This document shows, in pieces, positions 1 through 7,820 of a DNA stretch of 37,386 nucleotides. The stretch is from Candidatus Fervidifonticultor secundus (lineage in GTDB: Bacteria > Sysuimicrobiota > Sysuimicrobiia > Sysuimicrobiales > Humicultoraceae): contig JAVKIP010000025.1 in the NCBI GenBank assembly GCA_031459385.1, forward strand, positions 1 to 37,386, written 5' to 3'. A model generated the notes under the pieces. The model worked only from the letters and a program-made list of their open reading frames with translations, ran no database searches and had not been told where the DNA came from. The translations under genes were made by a program, and so were the position numbers. The number at the start of each line of letters is the position of its first letter. Within the stretch, counting starts at the first letter, position 1.

Positions 1-82
1 GTTTAGGTCCTGGATTCCAAATTTTTTTAACTTCAGCGCGCTGAACCGCACCCCTCAATGTTGCGTGTCGCGTCTCCACGGG

Positions 83-250
83 TCACTCGGCTCGGGCCTC
101 AACCTGCTCCGCCCGTTCCCAGGCCCGTAAAAGTGACCTGCCTACGGGGCACAAGTCGGCCGGATCAGCCCACTCCCCGCCAACCGTCTTGCACTCCACA
201 CAGAAAGCCAGATGTCGAAGAAACACACGATACGCCCTTTCCGCCAACAT
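83..250 (-). CDS. small putative Zn-binding protein (55 aa, H-x3-C-x2-C...C)
   Basis: Hand-translated, below the ORF-track cutoff: MLAERAYRVFLRHLAFCVECKTVGGEWADPADLCPVGRSLLRAWERAEQVEARAE. GAGGAG lies directly upstream. Confidence 0.55.
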   Translation of the reverse strand: MLAERAYRVFLRHLAFCVECKTVGGEWADPADLCPVGRSLLRAWERAEQVEARAE

Positions 251-254
251 CTCC

Positions 255-641
255 TCACCTCCCCGCCGCCGCGATCACCCGCCGCCACACGAGATCGCTT
301 CTGTACCCGCGGATGGTCAGCGGGCGCGACGTATCCGGGCGTATCATCCGGATCAAATAGCCCCGCCGAACAGGCCGGACCCACAAGACGGCCACGGTAT
401 CGGCATCGGCGTCAACACCTGAGCGCACAACCCATACCTCCTGCGCCAGTCCCTCAGCGGGAAATGCCTTCAGCCCGTTGAGGCGGAGTGTCATTCCTTG
501 CCGCCGCGCCATTGCCGCCAGTCGACGAACCTGGCGCCCAATCTGGGTAACCTCTCGTCGGACCTGGCGTTCAATGCGATCGGCCTCTTGTCGGGCCCGA
601 CGCCCGCTCGCGCTGGTCACCATCTGTGCCGCGGAGGCCAT
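255..641 (-). CDS. hypothetical protein
   Basis: 128-aa ORF co-directional with its neighbours; start uncertain. Confidence 0.5.
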   Translation of the reverse strand: MASAAQMVTSASGRRARQEADRIERQVRREVTQIGRQVRRLAAMARRQGMTLRLNGLKAFPAEGLAQEVWVVRSGVDADADTVAVLWVRPVRRGYLIRMIRPDTSRPLTIRGYRSDLVWRRVIAAAGR

Positions 642-753
642 GCGTCTAGTCCCCGCTATTGACTCGCCCCATCAGCAATATCTTGGTATTGACGCAGCTG
701 GCGAAGCATGCCACGGAGGCACACCGCCACCCGCGGGTCAGACACCGCCAGCT

Positions 754-1101
754 TCACCCCACAGTCTTCAGCTGGGTCGTGATATACTCGTACACCCTAG
801 CCAGTCGCATTTGTGCCTCGTCACTCACGGCACAAATGCACACCCCTCCTGGCAAGATCAGGGCTCGCCAGCCCAATATGTACCAAGCCACAGACCGCAT
901 GGCAGAACAGAGAATGGACTCATTTCCTTCCCAGCCGCCGGTGACGAAGAGCCACAGGCCGTCGTGAACCTCGTCAGCCCTGCCGCGCCCGCGGTACCAT
1001 CCGGCGGCCATGGCCGCTGGCAGATCCCGCCATGCGGCAAACGGCCAAGACTGGAGAGCCCTGAGGTATTCCTCCGAAGGCAAAATGGGCTCAGACATCA
1101 A
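754..1101 (-). CDS. hypothetical protein
   Basis: 115-aa ORF with plausible composition (LWLFVTGGWEGNESIL); start overlaps the end of the upstream gene. Confidence 0.65.
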   Translation of the reverse strand: MMSEPILPSEEYLRALQSWPFAAWRDLPAAMAAGWYRGRGRADEVHDGLWLFVTGGWEGNESILCSAMRSVAWYILGWRALILPGGVCICAVSDEAQMRLARVYEYITTQLKTVG

Positions 1102-1414
1102 CTTGGCCTCCTACCCAGACTCTGCTCAGCAGAGCCAGCATATCCCCCCACCACCCTTCCCGGCGGGCCCGGGATTTGATGTGGCGATAGGCCCACCAGG
1201 CGGTCGAGTGGGTACGTCCCAGTAGCCGCGCAATTTCAGGGAAGCTGAGCCCGCACACCGCGCGCAACAACCACACCGCCGTCCAGCGTGCGCGCAATGC
1301 GTGGGGGCTCCTGCCTCGGTTACGAGGGTCTACTCCCCAGTAGGCAGAGACCGCCTCTAATATGAGGGCCGGTCTCTGACCCGGACCCGGGGAGACCTTA
1401 CGCTTGTCCCCCAT
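1091..1414 (-). CDS. stand-alone DnaA C-terminal (domain IV)-like HTH protein
   Basis: ILEAVSAYWGV...ARWTAVWLLRAVCGLSFPEIARLLGRTHSTAWWAYRHI matches the Bac_DnaA_C pattern (R-x2-AMYL-R...SL-x-EIG-x2-FGGRDHSTV). Confidence 0.75.
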   Translation of the reverse strand: MGDKRKVSPGPGQRPALILEAVSAYWGVDPRNRGRSPHALRARWTAVWLLRAVCGLSFPEIARLLGRTHSTAWWAYRHIKSRARREGWWGDMLALLSRVWVGGQVDV

Positions 1415-1619
1415 GGCGGCTACCTGCCCGTGGCCGCCGCGAGATCGTCGGGGATCTCGCGGATGTTTCGCGCCCTGACTTTCTCGATAAGAACCTCACG
1501 AGCCGCGACCACCGCCCAGGGGTCCATCGGCCCTGGGTAACCTCTCGTCGGACCTCCGACGGATACCGGCCGTCACGGGCGTCGCGCAACTCGTGAGGCA
1601 AAATGGGCTCAGACATCAA
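1398..1619 (-). CDS. hypothetical, probably chimeric or degenerate ORF
   Basis: Begins MMSEPILP like ORF 754-1101 and contains VRREVTQ like ORF 255-641; both matches are exact DNA repeats. Confidence 0.35.
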   Translation of the reverse strand: MMSEPILPHELRDARDGRYPSEVRREVTQGRWTPGRWSRLVRFLSRKSGRETSARSPTISRRPRAGSRHGGQA

Positions 1620-2095
1620 CTTGGCCCCCGGCAGAGCCATTCCATAGCCTCTGGCGGGTAGGTATGATAAACCTCTACACCATACCTACCCAGACTCTGG
1701 ACTATTTTGGGGATAGGAATTACCTCACCGGCGATTTTGCAATCGCCGGGAACCCACAGAGCCCGGGGATACGCGAATTCCGCGCGATACCCCAAGGCGT
1801 GCTCTACAACCTTTCCCCACAGGGATACCTGCCCAATGATATCCCCAGGGGTAAGGCCATAGAGCAGAAGATCCCCAATAGTCCGCATGGCGTAAATCCC
1901 ACAAGTGCAAGTGGGATTAGGTGCAGGTGCCTCGTGTGCGTGATAGCATTTCGCACGTAGCGGCTTAAGAGGTGGCCAGAATACCACCTCCAGCCCTATC
2001 AAAATAAGGGAGCGGAGCATAATCCTGCCTTCGCTCCACCCCAGCTTCCAAAAGCGCCACCCCACCAAAGGGGTGGCCCAAAGGGTTTCTTCCAT
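1616..2095 (-). CDS. conserved hypothetical Cys/His-containing protein (GWRxW...H...CTCGIYA...G-x-V-x-LWGKVVEH-x2-GYRA)
   Basis: True start is probably MEETLW at 2095. I recall this motif set from an uncharacterised family in high-GC bacteria and their phages. Confidence 0.75.
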   Translation of the reverse strand: MEETLWATPLVGWRFWKLGWSEGRIMLRSLILIGLEVVFWPPLKPLRAKCYHAHEAPAPNPTCTCGIYAMRTIGDLLLYGLTPGDIIGQVSLWGKVVEHALGYRAEFAYPRALWVPGDCKIAGEVIPIPKIVQSLGRYGVEVYHTYPPEAMEWLCRGPS

Positions 2096-2099
2096 GACT

Positions 2100-4952
2100 T
2101 CATCCCCCGAAGAGCGCGCCGGTATCGGGTAAGCGCTCCCGGGCCAATCGGGCGAGTTCCGACCAGCCGAGAACCAGGGCGTTATAAGCCAGCGCCTCCC
2201 GGGCCCATTTCCGCTTCTCGCAGACGCTGAAGAGGTGGTACGCGAGCTCCCGGGCCAAGTCTCCCCGGGAGCCCAGCTTGCGCAGCAGGTCGGCCGTGGC
2301 CTGGTCCCCGGCTTTTTCGTGCCAGTAAACCCGCAGCAGGTGGTGGGTGGCCTCCCAGACCGTGAACCGCCGGTCCTGCTCGGGGTCCCAGTCCTTCTTG
2401 AGCTCCTCCGGGCGCAGGAGCCGCACCTTGCCCCCTTTTGTCGCCACAATCCCTGCCTCCACCAGGCCGCTCACCGCGGTCATCTTCGCCTGGGACAGAA
2501 GCTCCGCCTGGCCGAACTCGCCTTCTCCGAAGCCGTGCTGTTCGAACCAGGCGGTGGCCCAGCGGGTGTCGTTGTCGAACTCGTCCTCCTGCTCGGAGAG
2601 CACCTCGGTGAGGACCTGGTTGATGAGACCGAGCGCGGTGCGCACGCTCATGGGCCGGCCGCTCGCCTCCAGCACGCGGCTGTACTTCGAGTAAATGACC
2701 ATCCCCGGACCGATGGCCGCCTGGGCGAAGTCTACGGGGGCAATGTTGCCCTGCTGGAGCCGCCGCAGCGTCCCCGGTAGTTCTCGCTTGAGTTCAGCCA
2801 CGAAGGAGCGCCGCTCCGTCTGCGGGGCGTCCTCCGGCCGGGGACGGCAGGCGATGACGATAGAGGAGGTGAGGGCGTTGGCTTCCATTGCGTTCATGCG
2901 CCACTTCTGGGCCGATCGCACCGGCCAGGTCGCGGTGATCTGGAAGCCCGTGCCGATCAGCGCCTCCAGCATGGTCTCCCAGCCGGTGGTCCGGTCGATC
3001 CGGGTGTCATTCCCGCCCTCGGCTTCTTCCTCGTCCGCCTCGCTCTCCACGTCGTCCTGCTTGAACGCGTAGTAGACGGTGAGGGGAAAGCGTGGGTCCA
3101 TCTTCTCCCGGAGGATAGCGAAGACCCGGCGGAACCCCTGCTCGAAGTGTTCTTTCGCCTTGCGCTTGTCGCCATTGAAGCGCCCGGGTTCCGCCACCAG
3201 CTCCGGCTCCTTGGGAACGAGGATGGTGGCAAACAGGTCGGGGTACAGGTCCCCGATGGTGCGCCTCAGCCACACATAGAAGAAATCCGACAGCGCCGCG
3301 TATCCGATGTTGTCGTAGTACGGAGGGTCGGTGGAAACAACGACGTTCCCTAGCCCGTCCCAGGGCCGGGCGGCGTCGATGAGGCGAGCGCGGCCGCCTC
3401 GCAAGTCGGCTGCCGACCAAACGATGGCGTCCAGGCATTCTGCTGTACGATCCACGCACCGCATCCAGGACCCCACCGGGGTGCCTAGTGGGTTAGCCTC
3501 AGCAAAGTCCCATACCATCGGAATAGCCTGGCGCCCAAACAGCCCTTTAGCCTTCTCCGCGACAGAAGCCCAGCGGCAAAGGGAGTTGTTGTCCTCGAGG
3601 CACCGGTCCAGGGCTAGGGCCAGGAAGGTGACCACGGCGGCGGTGTAGACGTCGGCGTCGGCCTCCGACACCCCGGCGGCCAGCGCGTCCCGCCGCACGT
3701 CCTCCCGCACCTCCCGGAGCAAGTCGGACAGCGTCACCATCGCCGTGAGCTGGCGGGGGGTGAAGAGATGGCCCATTGTCGTAAGCCCGTAGAGCGCGCA
3801 TGTTCCGCCTGTAAGTTTGGACGGGATGTCTCCTGTAGGCCTCCACCCCGGCTCCGCCCGTCTGGCAATCGCCTCCTGCTGCTCACTAGCCGGCAGGTAG
3901 AGCCGGCCGCGGCCGGCGTCGGCCACGATCGCCACCAGCCGCTGGCCCAGCCGCCCGGCCTGACCCTCCTTCTTGATGTGGTCGTCCGCGATCGGATCGC
4001 CGGTGAGCAGGCAGCGAAACTGGGCGCGACCGGTCTTGGTTCCGGCTTTGACCGCCTCCCGGTCCTTCGGCGCCCCGGTGCGCACGAGGAACCGCCAAGT
4101 TCCCTGCGTCCGGTCCACCACCGGCTCCAGCCACGCCTCGCCCCCTTTCTTGCTCGACAGCCAGAAGGTGCTCATGAGGGGCACATGGGCCTCTGGGGCC
4201 GCGAGGTTTGGGCTCGGTACCGTGCGCGCCCAGATCCAGGCAATGACCGGAAGCTCCTTCCCCACATAGGGCTTCAGGTGCGGGTGCTCAGCGGCCATCT
4301 CTGCCGTCACCTTCACCGGTGGGTAAAGATGGCCGATCTTCTTGCGCGCCCGCTCCAGGATCAGCCGCCCGTAGTAGCGCACGTCCGCCGCCAGCCCGGA
4401 AGCCCCCCTCCAGCCTTCGCGTCCGCCGATCTTCCGCCGGTCCTCCGGGTTCACCGGCTGCTGGCCGAGCCAACGCGGCACGATTTCCAGCATGCATTTA
4501 TTGAGGAGGACTGCGACGGGGTTGATCTCGCCCGCGTACGCCTCGAACCCCAATCTCGCCGCTTCTAGCGGGATGGAGCCCCCGCCTGCAAACGGGTCCA
4601 GCACCGGCGGCAACTTCCCGTCGCAGTACTTCAGCATCTCCGCCCTTGCCTCGGCGTAGACCTCCGGGTGCCTGTGTAGTTACTTCTGCATCATCCGCCG
4701 GATGATCCCGAACAGCCGCTCCCGCTCCGCGGCCTGGGCTTCTTCGGTGGGGAACTTCTCTGGGTGGCTACTCGGGTCGTCCACCACTGAGGCAAACAAT
4801 ACCGCTCGCGCTACGGGCAGCGGCAGCCGCGCCCACCAGCGGTGAATCCCCTTCGGATGCGCCCCGACCCCCGGCATCTTGTCGTACGCCGAGGCGTCGT
4901 TGATCTCGGGCAAAGGGAGAGCGAGAGCGACCTCGATGAGCTTACGTCTCAT
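2100..4952 (-). pseudogene. DUF1156-family adenine DNA methyltransferase interrupted by one in-frame TAA at 4680-4682
   Basis: N-terminal KLIEVALALPL...HPKGIHRWWARLPL, SAM motif DPFAGGGSIP, catalytic TDPPYYDNIGY. The two ORFs are in the same frame: MMQK*LHRHPEVYAEARAEMLKYC. Confidence 0.85.
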
Positions 4953-5123
4953 CCTCGGTCGACCACCCGCCGAGATGTTCTGGGGCGTCGCCGGGGCCGG
5001 AACCTTGACGGGCGGCTCCGGCTCCGGCGCCCTGGGCGGCTCCGGCTTCGGCGCCTTAGGAATCGGAATTTCGACGGGAACCGAAGTTCCCGTCCGAACA
5101 ACTTTCCCAATCCCAATGTTCAT
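4953..5123 (-). CDS. Pro-rich small peptide (MNIGIGKVVR...VEIPIPKAPKPEPP...), fused in frame to the DUF1156 N-terminus
   Basis: GGGGTGA Shine-Dalgarno-like sequence upstream of ATG 5123; no stop codon before MRRKLIEV. Confidence 0.55.
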
Positions 5124-5144
5124 TCATTTCACCCCCCCAGCCCA

Positions 5145-5405
5145 ACATACCCGCCGGCGAGCAGCCCACCTCGCGGCCGAGCAGCCGGGCGACCTGGTCT
5201 GCCTGGATACGTTCTACATCGGGAAACTCAAAGGGGTGGGCAAGGTCTGTACATGGCCCACGACGCCGCCTGTTCGTACGCCAGTGCCGAAGTCGGTACA
5301 GAGTTTTCGGCCGAGGCGGCGGCCCGCTTCCTCACTCCGGTGGTGCCGGCCTACCGGGCGGCAGGCTGGCCGATCCGCCGGGTGCTGACCGACCAGGGCC
5401 GGAAC
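5145..5405 (+). pseudogene. IS481-like DDE transposase (rve) internal fragment, frameshifted
   Basis: QPGDLVCLDTFYIGKLKGVGKV in one frame continues as DAACSYASA...AARFL...AGWPIRRVLTDQG in another. No termini seen. Confidence 0.75.
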
Positions 5406-5415
5406 CGGACGGGGC

Positions 5416-5553
5416 TCACGTCCGCCACCAGGTCCGGCCGCACTGCACACACCGGACCAGGGGCGTCACCCCGCCCTCCTCCTCATCGGGTTCGACAGTG
5501 GCGAACCCGATGACCTCCACTTCCTCATTGCAATCGCAGGGTCCTGACTTCAT
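5416..5553 (-). CDS. 45-aa acidic Cys-rich peptide (putative Zn ribbon)
   Basis: Hand-translated: MKSGPCDCNEEVEVIGFATVEPDEEEGGVTPLVRCVQCGRTWWRT. GGGGTGAGGGAG precedes the ATG; it is the first ORF after the promoter. Confidence 0.65.
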   Translation of the reverse strand: MKSGPCDCNEEVEVIGFATVEPDEEEGGVTPLVRCVQCGRTWWRT

Positions 5554-5577
5554 CTCCCTCACCCCCGTTCGAAGGAC

Positions 5578-5606
5578 ATGCTAACAGGATATTTACAGGA
5601 TGTCAA
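5578..5606 (-). promoter_or_regulatory. sigma70-type promoter TTGACA-N17-TAGCAT
   Basis: -35 at 5606-5601 and -10 at 5583-5578, in an AT-rich intergenic gap. Confidence 0.75.
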
Positions 5607-5609
5607 TAC

Positions 5610-5623
5610 CGAACATGTGTTCG
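5610..5623. promoter_or_regulatory. LexA (Cheo/SOS) box CGAAC-ATGT-GTTCG
   Basis: Perfect match to the Gram-positive-type CGAAC-N4-GTTCG box, 3 bp upstream of the -35 element. Confidence 0.75.
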
Positions 5624-5651
5624 AGGCAAAAGGGCACCCCCGGGATGCGCT

Positions 5652-6191
5652 TCAGCGCGCTGCGCGGACTCCTTTGGGTAGCCCCAAAATCCCTCGGATG
5701 GCGGCCCGCCAGACGTCTACCGCACCCCCTGTAAGGTCTGGTGGGGAGTCTGGTGGGGAGTCTGGTGGAGGGTTTGGCGGTTGAGGGCTGGTTTGGGGGT
5801 TTGTAGACGGGTTTTTTCCTTTAGCACTTTTGGGTTCTCTGTGCCAACTTGACATATCGAACATATGTGCGATAGTCCTCACCCTCCAAGCCATAAACTC
5901 TTGTATATGCTTGAGCAAACGAGGCATAACCCGGTAGCAATTGGACAGCCTGATCCCATTGCGGGCGCGGCCGAACCGCTGCACGAGCCCCGCGGCTTCC
6001 AGGGCCCGTAGGTGGCGCCACACTGTCGACAAGCTGCACCCGGCCCGCTCGGCCAGCCTGGCGGCCGACACCGTGCACAAACCCGTGCGGCTGTTGGCGT
6101 ATGTCGCCAGCGCCCACAGCACCGCCGCGTGCGTGTGTCGGGGCAGCGCCCCCAGCGCATAGTCAGGTAGCACCGTCACCGCGTATGCCAT
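5652..6191 (-). CDS. HTH (HTH_36-like) replication initiator protein
   Basis: AVLWALATYANSRTGLCTVSAARLAERAGCSLSTVWRHLRALEAAGLV...SNCY is a winged-HTH of phage replication proteins, followed by a low-complexity linker. Confidence 0.7.
   Translation of the reverse strand: MAYAVTVLPDYALGALPRHTHAAVLWALATYANSRTGLCTVSAARLAERAGCSLSTVWRHLRALEAAGLVQRFGRARNGIRLSNCYRVMPRLLKHIQEFMAWRVRTIAHMFDMSSWHREPKSAKGKNPSTNPQTSPQPPNPPPDSPPDSPPDLTGGAVDVWRAAIRGILGLPKGVRAAR
5736..5769. repeat. three tandem 12-bp repeats GTCTGGTGGGGA (candidate iterons)
   Basis: Copies start at 5736, 5748 and 5760 (third partial); a T-rich tract follows at 5812-5831. Confidence 0.7.
5858..5871. promoter_or_regulatory. second LexA-like box CGAAC-ATAT-GTGCG (1 mismatch)
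   Basis: Lies just downstream of a plus-strand TTGACA (5849-5854) inside the replication gene. Confidence 0.45.
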
Positions 6192-6613
6192 CTGTTATCT
6201 CCTCCGTGCCCGTTTCGCCGCGCCCGAGCCGCGCGCAGCTCTTCCCACAACGCGTCCCACCTGGCCTCGATGTCGCGGTGCCACGCGTGCGCGCGTAACT
6301 GTCGTGCGCATGCATGGATATCGTCCAGAATAGCCTTCTCCGTGCGCATCGTGTCGGTGACCACGGGCCCCACGCGCCACCGCAGGCGTGGAGCATCTTG
6401 CTGGGCGGCCTGCTGCGCGCGTGCCCACGGTACCAGCATGAGCGTCCGCAGGTAGACCGTGCCCGTCGTCGACAGACGCATCGGGACCGGCTCAACGCGC
6501 ACGGGCCATCGGTACCTGCGAGCCGCGGTGTACACCCATTTGGTCGGTCGGCCCAGCCGGCGCGCGGCCTCGGCGACCGGAATCCAGACGTCGTCAGCCC
6601 GCATGATCGCCAT
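6176..6613 (-). CDS. putative DNA-binding protein (N-terminal HTH)
   Basis: WIPVAEAARRLGRPTKWVY is an excisionase/MerR-like HTH pattern. Confidence 0.55.
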   Translation of the reverse strand: MAIMRADDVWIPVAEAARRLGRPTKWVYTAARRYRWPVRVEPVPMRLSTTGTVYLRTLMLVPWARAQQAAQQDAPRLRWRVGPVVTDTMRTEKAILDDIHACARQLRAHAWHRDIEARWDALWEELRAARARRNGHGGDNRWHTR

Positions 6614-7559
6614 GCTCGTCCTGGGGGCTGGTGGACGCGCGGTCCGCCGCCATCTGTTCCAACGCGCGCCGCAGCCGCGCCCAATTCCGCGCGGCGTCCC
6701 CGGGCCGCCCTACTTGCCGCTTGAGCTGCGCGACCTCGTCGTCGTGCAGGCCCAGCCGCTCGACCAGCTCTCTGACGCGCTGTTTGTCGTCCGGAGCAGG
6801 CGCGACGAGCTCGAATTCGTCGGGTGGCGACGGCGCAGGCTCCGGCGCCGTCGCGGCCGCCAGCGCACGCGTCATCACCTCTGCGGCTGCTGCGGCCTCT
6901 TGTGGGGTGCGGACGTCCGACAGCGACTTGCCCGTGGCCTGCACGACGGACTCGCGCAGCGTCCTGCCGTCCACGCCCCGAGCGCGCGCCCGGGCGAAGA
7001 AGGCCCCCCACTCTCCGCCGCCCCGCTCGCCGACCACGGCGAATGCGTCTGGGTCATAGCCCAGTTCCCGTAGCTTGGTCCGGATGAACCGGGCCACAAG
7101 TTTGCGGTCGTAGCTGGGGTGGCCCTCGAAGGCCTTGCGGATGGCCTTGGTGTAGCAGGCGCCCACGGGGTCGGTCCCCACACGGGGCATCTCCTTGATG
7201 CCAAATCTGACCTCGCCCGTCACGCGGTCCACCGCCCCGACAACGACCCGCACCCACGGTCGCGGGTGCCCGCGTTCGTCGGGCACCGTGAAGTCGGTAA
7301 TGACAGGAGGGTCTGGCAGCAGGTGCAGGTCGATGCGCCCGCGGCTGGCGTGATTGAGGCGTCGCACCAGCTGTTGAACGTAGTCCGACGTCGGCCCCAC
7401 CACGGGCTTGGACAACCTGTTGGTTGCAGACGGTAGCAGCACATACAGATAGGCCGATACCGCCTCCTCGCCCGCCAGATGGCGGTTGAGCAGTTCGGTT
7501 TCAATGCGTTCGACCTCGTCGAGGTCCGACGCCTCGATGATCCCGGTTGGTCCGCTCAT
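6594..7559 (-). CDS. putative single-strand annealing/recombination protein
   Basis: 321 aa with a good SD (GGAGTGAGG). V-x-A-x-D-x2-TG...G-x2-E...A-x-TKA-x-RKA resembles a Rad52/Erf-like core; lies near the Cas4-like nuclease. Confidence 0.5.
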   Translation of the reverse strand: MSGPTGIIEASDLDEVERIETELLNRHLAGEEAVSAYLYVLLPSATNRLSKPVVGPTSDYVQQLVRRLNHASRGRIDLHLLPDPPVITDFTVPDERGHPRPWVRVVVGAVDRVTGEVRFGIKEMPRVGTDPVGACYTKAIRKAFEGHPSYDRKLVARFIRTKLRELGYDPDAFAVVGERGGGEWGAFFARARARGVDGRTLRESVVQATGKSLSDVRTPQEAAAAAEVMTRALAAATAPEPAPSPPDEFELVAPAPDDKQRVRELVERLGLHDDEVAQLKRQVGRPGDAARNWARLRRALEQMAADRASTSPQDEHGDHAG

Positions 7560-7592
7560 GTCGCCTCACTCCACCGGACTGTGTCTGCTGAC

Positions 7593-7820
7593 TTACCGGT
7601 ACGTTGTCCATTCAACCGTCACGGGCCCGCACCACACCGACCGCGTGTTCAGCGCGCGGTCTGTCCCCACGCCGCGCCAGGACAGCGGGTGGACCAAGAC
7701 GTCCAAGCTGCACAGCGGCGCCAGCGTCACGCCCACCGTCAGCACGGGCTGCAGGGCCCGCCACCACCGCCACAACCTGATGCGCCATGCCAGCTGACAG
7801 GCCGCCCGCAGCCGCTTCAC
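7593..7820 (-). CDS. hypothetical protein
   Basis: GTGA overlap with the upstream stop. Confidence 0.5.
   Translation of the reverse strand: MKRLRAACQLAWRIRLWRWWRALQPVLTVGVTLAPLCSLDVLVHPLSWRGVGTDRALNTRSVWCGPVTVEWTTYR

Larger units (their letters stand above)
543..1555. repeat. 23-bp direct repeat CTGGGTAACCTCTCGTCGGACCT at 543-565 and 1533-1555
   Basis: Exact match read from the sequence. Confidence 0.9.
1078..1626. repeat. 31-bp direct repeat AGGCAAAATGGGCTCAGACATCAACTTGGCC at 1078-1108 and 1596-1626
   Basis: Exact match read from the sequence; each copy covers a stop/start junction. Confidence 0.9.

Noticed and set aside
4680..4682. Stop-codon reassignment or programmed readthrough
   Set aside because: TAA terminates other genes normally (for example at 27973-27975 and 36985-36987) and no suppressor tRNA was seen. 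A point mutation or sequencing error is simpler.
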